A program made the translations under genes and the position numbers. A stretch of 64,000 nt of DNA. Origin: Candidatus Melainabacteria bacterium 17Bon1m (GTDB lineage: Bacteria; Cyanobacteriota; Vampirovibrionia; Obscuribacterales; Obscuribacteraceae). The stretch covers positions 1 to 64,000 of the forward strand of contig JAVLKG010000006.1 of the NCBI GenBank assembly GCA_032128875.1. The letters are read 5' to 3'. Below the pieces are notes generated by a model. It saw only the letters and a program-made list of their open reading frames with translations, did no database searches and was not told where the DNA came from. Positions 19,550 to 28,118 of this stretch are shown piece by piece (within the stretch, counting starts at the first letter, position 1; each line of letters opens with the position of its first letter).

Positions 19550-20935
19550 ATGTCTGCTATGACTACCGCTCCAGCGGATCCCAAAACTGCAAAACCCATG
19601 CCTGTTGCTACAAGCCGTTCGGGTTTGACAGCGATTAAGCAGTTAAAAGCTGATCCCCTCAGCTTTTACATGGGAAACAGGGCTGATTATGGTGACTATG
19701 TACGAATCAAAAGCCTACCTGGATTCGATTTCTACACTTTGACCTACCCAACTGCAATTGAGCACGTTCTTCAAACCCACCAGAAAAACTTCCGCAAGCC
19801 AGACGTCTTTCTGAAGCCGACAATTCTACTTTTCGGCAATGGCATTTTTACATCCGAAGGAGATTTTTGGATGAAGCAAAGGCGGTTATCACAGCCCGCT
19901 TTTCATCGAAATCACATTGGAGCAATGGCGAAAGTTATCGTTGAATGCGTCGAGAAAACGTTGGCTTCATGGGACGCGAAGCCTGACGGCAGCCAGATCG
20001 ATTTACAGCATGAAATGGTGCATCTGACTCTCAGTGTGGCGGGGCGTACCTTATTTAGTACTGATTTGACTAATCATGCTACGGACGTCGGGCTTGCAGT
20101 CAGAGATGCATTTGAAGTTCTCAATCACAAGATGAATAACTATCCCTTTGTTTTTCCACTCTGGGTGCCGACCCAGGACAATAAGCAGTTCAATCGTGCC
20201 AAAGGAATTTTGGATTCCGTAATTACAAAAATTATTTCCGAGCGCAGAAAAGATTCACAAGTGCACCACGATTTTCTCGGCATGCTTATGAGTGCTAAAG
20301 ACGAAGAGTCTGGGCAAGGAATGTCTGATGAACAGCTGAAAGACGAGGTTTTGACTCTTCTGGTAGCTGGTCATGATACGGTAGCAGCAAGTCTGGCGTG
20401 GACGTGGATTATGCTGTCGAAACATCCTCACGTGCGAGCACAATTGCATGATGAATTGAAAAATGTGCTTAATGGAAGAACACCGGATCTGGCTGATAGT
20501 GAGCGCTTGACGTATACCAAAATGATCTTCGATGAAACTCTTCGACTCTATCCCCCTGCGTGGGGGCAACCGAGGCAATCAATCGATGAGGACGTTATCG
20601 ATGGATATTACTTGCCGAAGAATGCTTTTGTTTCTCTCAACCAATACACGACTCATCGACATCCGGAATTCTGGGAGAAGCCTGAAGAGTTTGATCCTGA
20701 GCGCTTCACACCCGATAAGGTAAAAGGGCGACCTCGCTTTTCCTACTTCCCATTTGGCGGTGGTGCACGCGTTTGCATAGGGCAAAATCTTGCACTGCTG
20801 GAAGCCCAACTTGCCATTGCGACTATCGCTCAGCGCTATCAGATTGATATTCTACCCGGACAAACAATCGTTCCGGATCCTACATTTACTCTGATTCCCA
20901 GAGGAATTATCTCTGCAACTTTAAAGCGGAGATAA
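19550..20935 (+). CDS. Cytochrome P450
   Basis: AGHDT I-helix, ETLR, FDPERF, FPFGGGARVCIG heme ligand; ATG 19550 after GGAGG. Confidence 0.97.
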   Translation: MSAMTTAPADPKTAKPMPVATSRSGLTAIKQLKADPLSFYMGNRADYGDYVRIKSLPGFDFYTLTYPTAIEHVLQTHQKNFRKPDVFLKPTILLFGNGIFTSEGDFWMKQRRLSQPAFHRNHIGAMAKVIVECVEKTLASWDAKPDGSQIDLQHEMVHLTLSVAGRTLFSTDLTNHATDVGLAVRDAFEVLNHKMNNYPFVFPLWVPTQDNKQFNRAKGILDSVITKIISERRKDSQVHHDFLGMLMSAKDEESGQGMSDEQLKDEVLTLLVAGHDTVAASLAWTWIMLSKHPHVRAQLHDELKNVLNGRTPDLADSERLTYTKMIFDETLRLYPPAWGQPRQSIDEDVIDGYYLPKNAFVSLNQYTTHRHPEFWEKPEEFDPERFTPDKVKGRPRFSYFPFGGGARVCIGQNLALLEAQLAIATIAQRYQIDILPGQTIVPDPTFTLIPRGIISATLKRR

Positions 20936-20940
20936 AACGC

Positions 20941-21543
20941 GTGGCACGAACAACCCTCTCTGATAGCTCCAAGGATCAAAAACGCGCAGAGATAATTTTG
21001 GCTGCAAGAAAGTTGTTCAAACGCTTTGGCGTCAAAAAGACGACGATGCGGGACATCGCTTCCGAAGCCGGTCTTGCTGTTGGTACACTCTATCTTTATT
21101 TTGAAAGTAGAGATGAAGTTGTTCTTGCCTGTGCCGAAGCTTTTGAACAAGTTCATTTGGAAGCCGCCAAATTGTCTCTGGAAGCATCAGGACCTCCAGC
21201 AGAGCGCCTCAAGAACTACATTATTGGGCGTTTTCTCGCTTCGGCGGAAACACGCACAAGCGACAGTCACGTCGCCGAAATCGCTCGCGCCGTAATTCGG
21301 GTTCGTCCGACACGATTGGAAGACGAGTCGAAAATCATGCAAGAAACTATTCTCGAACTATTCTCTCAAGGTGCTAAAGACGGCAGCTTCCGCATTGCTG
21401 ACCCGAACCGAGACATGATGATTTTTCTCTACTCCATCGCTTGGTTCTTTCCAGTTGAAAAATCTGAGTTCTTGCCGGAGCCAGACGAATCAGTGCTCGC
21501 CAAACTAATCGATTGGTTCATCGAAAAGTGGTCGGCAGCTTGA
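20941..21543 (+). CDS. TetR/AcrR-family transcriptional regulator
   Basis: IILAARKLF...TTMRDIASEAGLAVGTLYLYFESRDEV HTH. Confidence 0.95.
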   Translation: MARTTLSDSSKDQKRAEIILAARKLFKRFGVKKTTMRDIASEAGLAVGTLYLYFESRDEVVLACAEAFEQVHLEAAKLSLEASGPPAERLKNYIIGRFLASAETRTSDSHVAEIARAVIRVRPTRLEDESKIMQETILELFSQGAKDGSFRIADPNRDMMIFLYSIAWFFPVEKSEFLPEPDESVLAKLIDWFIEKWSAA

Positions 21544-21564
21544 GCTGGGGCAGCAATTGCCCAA

Positions 21565-23091
21565 TTAAGCGTTTGGTCTGTATGCAACTACTCTCTGGAA
21601 GCTTCTTCCGTTGAACACATTGGCGCTTTCAACAGTGATGCGACGCTTGCTTGAGCTGTTCTGAGCAACCATTCCATCTCCTGCATAAATCGCTGCATGT
21701 CCGGGCTGACTGCCGGAGCGATTACCGATGATGATGTCGCCTGGGCGCAGGTCTCTCATATCGACTTGCTGAAATCCACTGCGGCGCAAGCTGTTTTCCA
21801 ATCCCTGGCAACTGGTGTCTCGAATGTTCAGGTTGAACGTGTTTCTCAACGCTGCGCTCACGAACGTTGCACAGCCACGAGTCTCCGGCACGCGCGGATC
21901 GTATTCGCGAACCGAGCGACCTAGCATTCCTTGAATAGTGCCTGCCAAATTGTTCCAGTATTGATCGCCTCTTCCGCGACCATAGCGATCATATTGATCG
22001 TATCTGCCATAGCGATCGTATTGGTCCTGGCGTCCGTAACGGTCGTACTGGTCATAACGTCCGTAACGGTCATATTGACCGTATTGGTCGCGACCATAGC
22101 GGTCTCTGCCGTTTTGATTACCCCAGCCGTATTGGTCTAGGTCATACGGCCGCCCATACTGGTCACGACCTTGCTGCCAGCTTCTATCTTCGTAGCGGTA
22201 GCGCGGATCGCTATATTGATCACGTCCATACTGATTATGTCCGTAAGGGTCACGTCCGTACTGGTCCCGCCCATATCGATCCCAACCATACTGGTCTCTG
22301 CCATATGGGTCACGCCCCCAGTTGCCGCGATCGTAGCGGTCGTACTGACCCCACTGACCTTGTCTCTGGCGCTGCATCATTTGCATAATCAAGGCCAGGG
22401 CCATGCGCTGCATTTGTTGGCCGCGATAATTATCGTTCCATTGACCGTTGTAGCCGTCATAGCGTCCATATTGGTCGCCATAGCGATCGTTGTAGCGGTC
22501 ACGGCCCCATTGGCTGCCATTACCCCAGCCGTAACTGTCCGGCTGATAGGGTCTGCCATAGCTATCTCTATAGGTAGGAGTGCCGTAATTGTCATAGCGG
22601 TCATAGCCGCCATATCGGTCGTAGCCACGATTGTAGCTGTTGAAATTGTCGTAGTTCGTCCAGCCGTGACGTCCGCCATTGCCTAGATTGAGCTGCACAG
22701 GTCCAAGTTGCAAGCGAATGTTCGGACCATAGTTATAGTTGGCTCTGACTATGTCGTCATATCCGCCCCAATTCGATGCGTAGTTTGGATTGTCGCGCGG
22801 ATCGTAGCCCCGATTCGAGTCGTATGCGTCGTATTGCATACGTCTGTAGGTGGCTTCATCGACTCCGAGGCGCTCTCTGGACGGATAAATGACCATCCCA
22901 TTGTCGCCATTGAAATTGGACCTGGCGTAAATGCCGGGATCGCCCGAGAAATTGCCCATATCGGCATAAATGCCTGGGTCGATGTCTCGTCCGTTCATTG
23001 GTCGTCCGTTTGGACCCAGCAATACATCGCCCCATTGGGCTTGGTTCGTTTGGTACCCTGGGCTCGGGCCGTCATAGAATTCCCTGGACAT
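21565..23091 (-). CDS. Low-complexity Y/G/R/D/Q/N repeat protein with C-terminal NlpC/P60-superfamily (Cys-His) putative peptidoglycan hydrolase domain
   Basis: C-terminus has GCATFVSAAL...LRPGDIII...GHAAIYAGDG; the N-terminal roughly 375 aa consists of YGRDQ/YDRYGR-type repeats; no signal peptide. Confidence 0.8.
   Translation of the reverse strand: MSREFYDGPSPGYQTNQAQWGDVLLGPNGRPMNGRDIDPGIYADMGNFSGDPGIYARSNFNGDNGMVIYPSRERLGVDEATYRRMQYDAYDSNRGYDPRDNPNYASNWGGYDDIVRANYNYGPNIRLQLGPVQLNLGNGGRHGWTNYDNFNSYNRGYDRYGGYDRYDNYGTPTYRDSYGRPYQPDSYGWGNGSQWGRDRYNDRYGDQYGRYDGYNGQWNDNYRGQQMQRMALALIMQMMQRQRQGQWGQYDRYDRGNWGRDPYGRDQYGWDRYGRDQYGRDPYGHNQYGRDQYSDPRYRYEDRSWQQGRDQYGRPYDLDQYGWGNQNGRDRYGRDQYGQYDRYGRYDQYDRYGRQDQYDRYGRYDQYDRYGRGRGDQYWNNLAGTIQGMLGRSVREYDPRVPETRGCATFVSAALRNTFNLNIRDTSCQGLENSLRRSGFQQVDMRDLRPGDIIIGNRSGSQPGHAAIYAGDGMVAQNSSSKRRITVESANVFNGRSFQRVVAYRPNA
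21975..22330 (-). repeat. Intragenic tandem repeats (27-bp YDQYDRYGR units and 15-bp GRDQY units)
   Basis: Translation shows YDRYGRYDQYDRYGRQDQYDRYGRYDQYDRYGR and GRDPYGRDQYGWDRYGRDQYGRDPYGHNQYGRDQY. Confidence 0.9.
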
Positions 23092-23235
23092 ATTTCACTC
23101 GCGAAGTGGTTGGGCAGAATCTTTCGATTCCGGAAAACTCAAAAATTTTTCGTGCATTGGGTAACTTGAATATAGGTTAAATTGGCGCCCCTGAACCCCC
23201 GGTTTTCACCATCCTGTACGTGAAATCCACAAGAA

Positions 23236-24855
23236 ATGTCCTTAATTAAGGCGTTTTTGATGAAAGATCAGTTCCAAGTCCGCCGCAGCGACTATGAAAT
23301 CAGCTATCGAACCGTGCCTAAGTGGTTCGTGCCGGCAATTTCTGTGACCACCTTCAGCATCGGCATGCTGGCGGTATTCGGCAGTGCGTCTTATTTGCTG
23401 CCACTGGCACCGGCAGCCAGGCATATTCTGGGCTCGCCGGAATTGGTTTTAGAAACTTTCTTTCGCTGCATCGCTTTGCTCCTGCTTGGGTTTCTCACCT
23501 TTCTCCTTGCTGAAATTTGCCGCCACGACCGGCTGGTGATTTCCAAAGACGGGCTTTCGTTTCCAGTTTTTCTCGCGCCGGACTTACTCTTTCGCCGTAA
23601 GAGAAGTTGGGACGACATCGGCAATATCATGATCGGTGCCATGCTGATGCATGACAGGAAGGGCAGCTACGAGTACGAACTCGAAGAATCCAAAGACAAG
23701 CGCAAACTATTTATGTACTTCAAATCAGGCGGCCACGTTTGCCTGGATTTGACAAAAATACCCAAAAGAAATCAGGAGCGACTCTTCCAGGCTATCGAGT
23801 CCTGGTGCATAACCTGCCACCGTGCTCCGCAACCAACCCATATCAAAGGTGCGAAAAACTGGATTGAAGACTATTGTGCCGGGGAAACCAGCGGCAGCGC
23901 AAAGCGCAAAAATGCACAAGCAAGCAAAAAGCGAAATGCGGAATTTACTTACACTCGCTTGTGGGAAGAACAGTTGGAGTCCTATTTCTCCCACACCAAT
24001 TTCGTCCCACTCGAGCGAGGTGAAAAGATAGGCAACGAGCGCTTTTCGATTCTCATGCAGTTAGGCGCAGGCGGACTATCGGCAGTTTATCTTGCTGAAA
24101 AATCCAATAAAGATCTCGTTGTCATCAAAGAGTCTTCTTTACCTGCCACGGTCAGCGACACGCAGCGTCAAAAGGCCGAAGAGTTGTTCAAGCGCGAAGC
24201 CAAACTTTTGCTCAAACTTGACCACCCGCAGATTGCCAAAATATACGACCATTTTGTCGAGAGAGGTCGAGACTATTTGGCTCTGGAATTCATTCCCGGT
24301 CACACGCTACGACAGCTCGTCGCCAAACGCGGACCTCAAAGCGAGCAAATGTCCATCGAGCTGATTCGACAGTTGGCGCATGTTCTCGATTATATTCACG
24401 GTCAGTCCCCTTCCGTTTTGCATCGTGATATAAGTCCCGACAATCTGGTTCTTAAAGATGATGGACAGCTGGTAGTCATCGATTTTGGTGCAGCCAACGA
24501 AATCGTGGGCACCGCAACTGGTACCTTAATCGGAAAACAGGCTTACATGGCACCAGAGCAATTCAAAGGCAAACCGACAGTGCAGAGCGACATCTACGCG
24601 GTTGGTGCGACCCTGTATTTCCTTCTCACTGGAAAAGACCCCAAGCCTCTTTCGACATCGCGCGCGCAATTGGAAAGACCTTCCGTTTCGAATCCTGTAG
24701 ATGAACTGGTCGCCGCTTTGACAAACGTTGACGAGAAGAAACGCCTGAAATCTACTGGTGAATTGCTGGACGCCATTGAAAAAATCAAGCAAGTTGATCA
24801 GGCTGTTGCAAAAAGTGGCTCAAAGGCTCTGGATGCAGAAAGGCAGGATCACTGA
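23236..24855 (+). CDS. Ser/Thr protein kinase with N-terminal membrane domain
   Basis: Two TM helices, then GAGGLSAV, VVIKE, HRDISPDN, IDFG, YMAPE, SDIY. Confidence 0.93.
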   Translation: MSLIKAFLMKDQFQVRRSDYEISYRTVPKWFVPAISVTTFSIGMLAVFGSASYLLPLAPAARHILGSPELVLETFFRCIALLLLGFLTFLLAEICRHDRLVISKDGLSFPVFLAPDLLFRRKRSWDDIGNIMIGAMLMHDRKGSYEYELEESKDKRKLFMYFKSGGHVCLDLTKIPKRNQERLFQAIESWCITCHRAPQPTHIKGAKNWIEDYCAGETSGSAKRKNAQASKKRNAEFTYTRLWEEQLESYFSHTNFVPLERGEKIGNERFSILMQLGAGGLSAVYLAEKSNKDLVVIKESSLPATVSDTQRQKAEELFKREAKLLLKLDHPQIAKIYDHFVERGRDYLALEFIPGHTLRQLVAKRGPQSEQMSIELIRQLAHVLDYIHGQSPSVLHRDISPDNLVLKDDGQLVVIDFGAANEIVGTATGTLIGKQAYMAPEQFKGKPTVQSDIYAVGATLYFLLTGKDPKPLSTSRAQLERPSVSNPVDELVAALTNVDEKKRLKSTGELLDAIEKIKQVDQAVAKSGSKALDAERQDH

Positions 24856-26393
24856 TGGAAGAAGCCCCCAAGAACTTCCTTGCCAATCGTTTTTTCTTCT
24901 CCAAAGGCGAGCGCGCCTCGGATGAATATGATCAGTATTGGATTCGCTATAAACCCATGCGCGTTTTGAGAAAGCGATGGAAAACCGATACGGCCCTTGA
25001 ATCCGGCGTGAAGTTTTTCATTATTGCTGCGGTCATTCTTTCATTCTTATTGGGCGGACCTTTGCTTGGACTGGGTTTTCTGTGTAGTTTGCTGGGCGCC
25101 TTTCTCTTCTTTCGTCTGCGCCTTTTACTGTTTCCGACCCATATTGCTCTTACTGAAGACGGAATAACTTTTCACTGGTTGCGCTCATGGATGAACTATC
25201 AAAGCTGCTTGATTCCCTGGAGTAGCCTCTCTCATGTCAATTTGACGATGGCTAAGTTTGGCAAACACATTGAGCCGCGAGTAGAGTTCAACATTGTTGC
25301 TGCAAGTATGTCTTTGGCACAGCGATTTCCGTTTATCCTTCTTACGCCGGCTCTTGCCAGAGGCTGGCTTACGGACAGGGCAAAAGTGATTTTGCCACTG
25401 GATGGACTTGCTTCAAGTGACGACAGAAAGCGCTTACAATTCGGCTTTCAAAGATTTTTGCCAACCTACAGAGTCGATCCTAAGGTAAGCGATGAATTGC
25501 AATTGTCGCTCAGAGTGGAGAGTTATACGGATTTATGGCTGGGCGCGCTGTCGATGAATCGCAGTCGATTACGCACGGATACGCTGGCTAGTGGCACCCT
25601 GGTCAATCATGGTCGATACGAGATTGTCTCTGCAATTGGCTCGGGCGGGCAGTCCGTCGTCTATGCGGCTATTCAGAAAGAAATGTCACTGGATAAGCCT
25701 GTCGTCCTCAAGGAGTTTGTGTTGCCTTCCTACGCGGGAGTGAAGGTGCGCAAGCGAGTACTGGAGAACATCCAGCGAGAGTCGCAGATGCTCAAAAATT
25801 TGCACCATCCAAATATCGTCAAACTGCAAGATTTCTTTGTCGAGGATGAGAGGGCTTATCTGGTTTTAGAACAAATCAAAGGGCGCACATTGAAGGAACT
25901 TGTTGAAAGCGAAGGTCCGCTCAAAGAGCTAGATGCGCTCAACCTGGCTTTGCAAATGACATCAATTCTCGTATTTCTTCACGGGCGAAATCCGCAAGTC
26001 GTGCATTGCGACTTCACTCCAGATAATTTGATGCTCGGTCATGGAGATATTTTGAAACTGATTGACTTCAACGTTGCTCAACAACTGGAATCTATGTCCA
26101 CACATACTGTTGCAGGCAAGCACTCATACATTCCGCCCGAACAGTTTCAAGGTGAAACGACACCGCAATGCGATATTTATGCAATGGGGGCGACTCTCTA
26201 TTTCCTACTTACTGGCGAAGAGCCCGAGCCAATCTCCGTTTCTGTCGTAAAGGCTAAACGCAGTGACATTAGTGAAGAATTTTCCGCCATTGTTGAAAAG
26301 TCCACTGCCGTTGACGTGTCATACCGATATTTTGATTGCGAGGAGATTAAAAACGAGCTGGAAGCGCTCAGGCAAAAGCGCTATGGGCATTAA
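24855..26393 (+). CDS. Ser/Thr protein kinase (non-RD, DFN variant) with N-terminal membrane domain
   Basis: GSGGQSVV, VVLKE, HCDFTPDN, IDFN, YIPPE; TGATG overlap with the upstream kinase. Confidence 0.9.
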   Translation: MEEAPKNFLANRFFFSKGERASDEYDQYWIRYKPMRVLRKRWKTDTALESGVKFFIIAAVILSFLLGGPLLGLGFLCSLLGAFLFFRLRLLLFPTHIALTEDGITFHWLRSWMNYQSCLIPWSSLSHVNLTMAKFGKHIEPRVEFNIVAASMSLAQRFPFILLTPALARGWLTDRAKVILPLDGLASSDDRKRLQFGFQRFLPTYRVDPKVSDELQLSLRVESYTDLWLGALSMNRSRLRTDTLASGTLVNHGRYEIVSAIGSGGQSVVYAAIQKEMSLDKPVVLKEFVLPSYAGVKVRKRVLENIQRESQMLKNLHHPNIVKLQDFFVEDERAYLVLEQIKGRTLKELVESEGPLKELDALNLALQMTSILVFLHGRNPQVVHCDFTPDNLMLGHGDILKLIDFNVAQQLESMSTHTVAGKHSYIPPEQFQGETTPQCDIYAMGATLYFLLTGEEPEPISVSVVKAKRSDISEEFSAIVEKSTAVDVSYRYFDCEEIKNELEALRQKRYGH

Positions 26394-26553
26394 TCTGCAA
26401 GCCTAAACTTGGAGAAAACCTAGCTCGGCGCCAAACCTGCAAATCATTTGGTGGTGGGCGTTTGCGGCGTGGGCAATAGGTCGTATAAACAAGTCATCTT
26501 AACAAGATAGAACGTGAGCCTTCATCGGATGCAAACGGTGTTACACTTTTTTC

Positions 26554-27435
26554 GTGACTAAAGCTTTGATGATTAAGTTTCCGCCCCGGGCGTCACTCGG
26601 AAGTCTTTATACTTCCGAAGTCGCGTTTCCCCATATGCGTTTATGGGTCGGCGAAGCCCAGGGCGAGCGCGAATTGACTGTCCCGGAAGGGCGCATGCTT
26701 GGTATTGCTATGCGCAATCTGGATGCAACAACAATCAGCGATGCCGTGAAAGACGGTCTAAAACACTTGCAGTCGGTTGATTTGTCGACCAGCTATTTTT
26801 CCGAAAGCACTCTCAACTGGCTTCACTTTATTGAGGATTTGAAAGAGCTTCGCTTGGATTTTCTAAAGGTGCGAGCCGCCGAGTTGGTTGGGCTGGCTCC
26901 GCTTTCCTCGTTGAGCACTTTGTGGCTTACCGGTGCCGAACTTGGTGATAGCGAACTGGGAGCAGTTGCTACTGTCCAGGGTATCGAGAACTTGATCTTA
27001 AAATCAACACGAATCACAGATGCTGGACTGGTTCATATGCCGTCCATGAAAAAACTGACTCGGCTTCATTTGCCGTCGCAAATTACTGATCAAGGCATCG
27101 AACACCTGGCTGGCTGTAAGACTCTTGCGAAGCTCGATATCTCGCAAACTAAGATAACTGATAAAGCGCTAGGGCACCTCGAAAAAATCGAAAGCCTTGA
27201 AGAGCTGTATTTGAATGACACCACCCTTGGTGACCAAGCCTTGTCTGCGATTTCTCAACTGAAGAAATTGAAAGTGCTTTTCTTGTGCGGGACGAAACTG
27301 ACAGATTCCGGTCTGACTTTCCTCGAACAGCTTGAGCAGCTCGAACACCTCGAGTTGAGAGACACCAAAGTCTCTGAAATGGGTGTGCAGAGAGTCAGAT
27401 CGCGATTGGCGAACTGCGCAATTTTTGGACCATAG
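26554..27435 (+). CDS. Leucine-rich repeat protein (RI-like/bacterial LxxLxLxxTxITDxGL type)
   Basis: Repeated LxxLxL..T.ITD.GL..L units. Confidence 0.9.
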   Translation: MTKALMIKFPPRASLGSLYTSEVAFPHMRLWVGEAQGERELTVPEGRMLGIAMRNLDATTISDAVKDGLKHLQSVDLSTSYFSESTLNWLHFIEDLKELRLDFLKVRAAELVGLAPLSSLSTLWLTGAELGDSELGAVATVQGIENLILKSTRITDAGLVHMPSMKKLTRLHLPSQITDQGIEHLAGCKTLAKLDISQTKITDKALGHLEKIESLEELYLNDTTLGDQALSAISQLKKLKVLFLCGTKLTDSGLTFLEQLEQLEHLELRDTKVSEMGVQRVRSRLANCAIFGP

Positions 27436-27485
27436 TAAAAGCGATATTTTTGCCGAAAGTGCAGTCTGTTGAGTGGGCGCGAGCG

Positions 27486-27938
27486 CTACTTGATTTTCTT
27501 CATGTACTTTTCGACAATTTTGGCATTTTGGTTCAAACGATTATCAAATTCTTTGAACCCGGCATCGCCCAAGAATGCCTTAAGACCAAACGCGTATGCA
27601 GTCATGGCTCCGGCAACGGCTAAAAGAATCAAGCCTAATCGGCGACCCTGAACAATCCAGCCAAAGTTTCTGCGACCGGCTTTGAGGCGCAATTCGTTTT
27701 TTCTGGAAACTTCTTCAGTCTCGATGCCATACAACTCAGCGGCAGATTTCTTGGTCGGCGCCCAGTCCTGTCTTGCTTCATCATGGGGGATGAAGTGAGA
27801 GCAGTGTTCGCAGACAGTCCGGGGTTGCCTCGGATTCGAGTGCCCGCAACGAGGACAGTCAAGCATCTGAATTTGCACGTCGGCAAAGTCGATCTTGTAC
27901 TGCGAATCCGTCATTACCATGTTTTTGTCGAAAGCCAT
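27486..27938 (-). CDS. Small protein with zinc ribbon and C-terminal TM helix
   Basis: CPRCG...CEHC and hydrophobic LGLILLAVAGAMTAYAFGL. Confidence 0.7.
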   Translation of the reverse strand: MAFDKNMVMTDSQYKIDFADVQIQMLDCPRCGHSNPRQPRTVCEHCSHFIPHDEARQDWAPTKKSAAELYGIETEEVSRKNELRLKAGRRNFGWIVQGRRLGLILLAVAGAMTAYAFGLKAFLGDAGFKEFDNRLNQNAKIVEKYMKKIK

Positions 27939-28118
27939 GTCGAACCCTCGAAGAACCTAGTCTCGCCTGTTAGGGGCGTTATACCCCTTTCAGGCTATGT
28001 ATTCACCATATTAGCTCTTAACTCTTCCAGATCTAATATTTCAATTATTAGGATCTGAAGAAAGAGCCGTCAAGGGCTCTATAAAATGCCCCGAAAAGTA
28101 TGGGACCTCTCCGGAAGA

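Noticed and set aside
21975-22330. Possible CRISPR array
   Set aside because: The repeats are in-frame, degenerate at synonymous positions and lack unique spacers; no cas genes are present.
21931-23169. Hydrophobic plus-strand ORFs (Ile/Val/Ala-rich)
   Set aside because: They are antisense shadows of the Tyr/Asp/Arg repeat gene and have no independent support.
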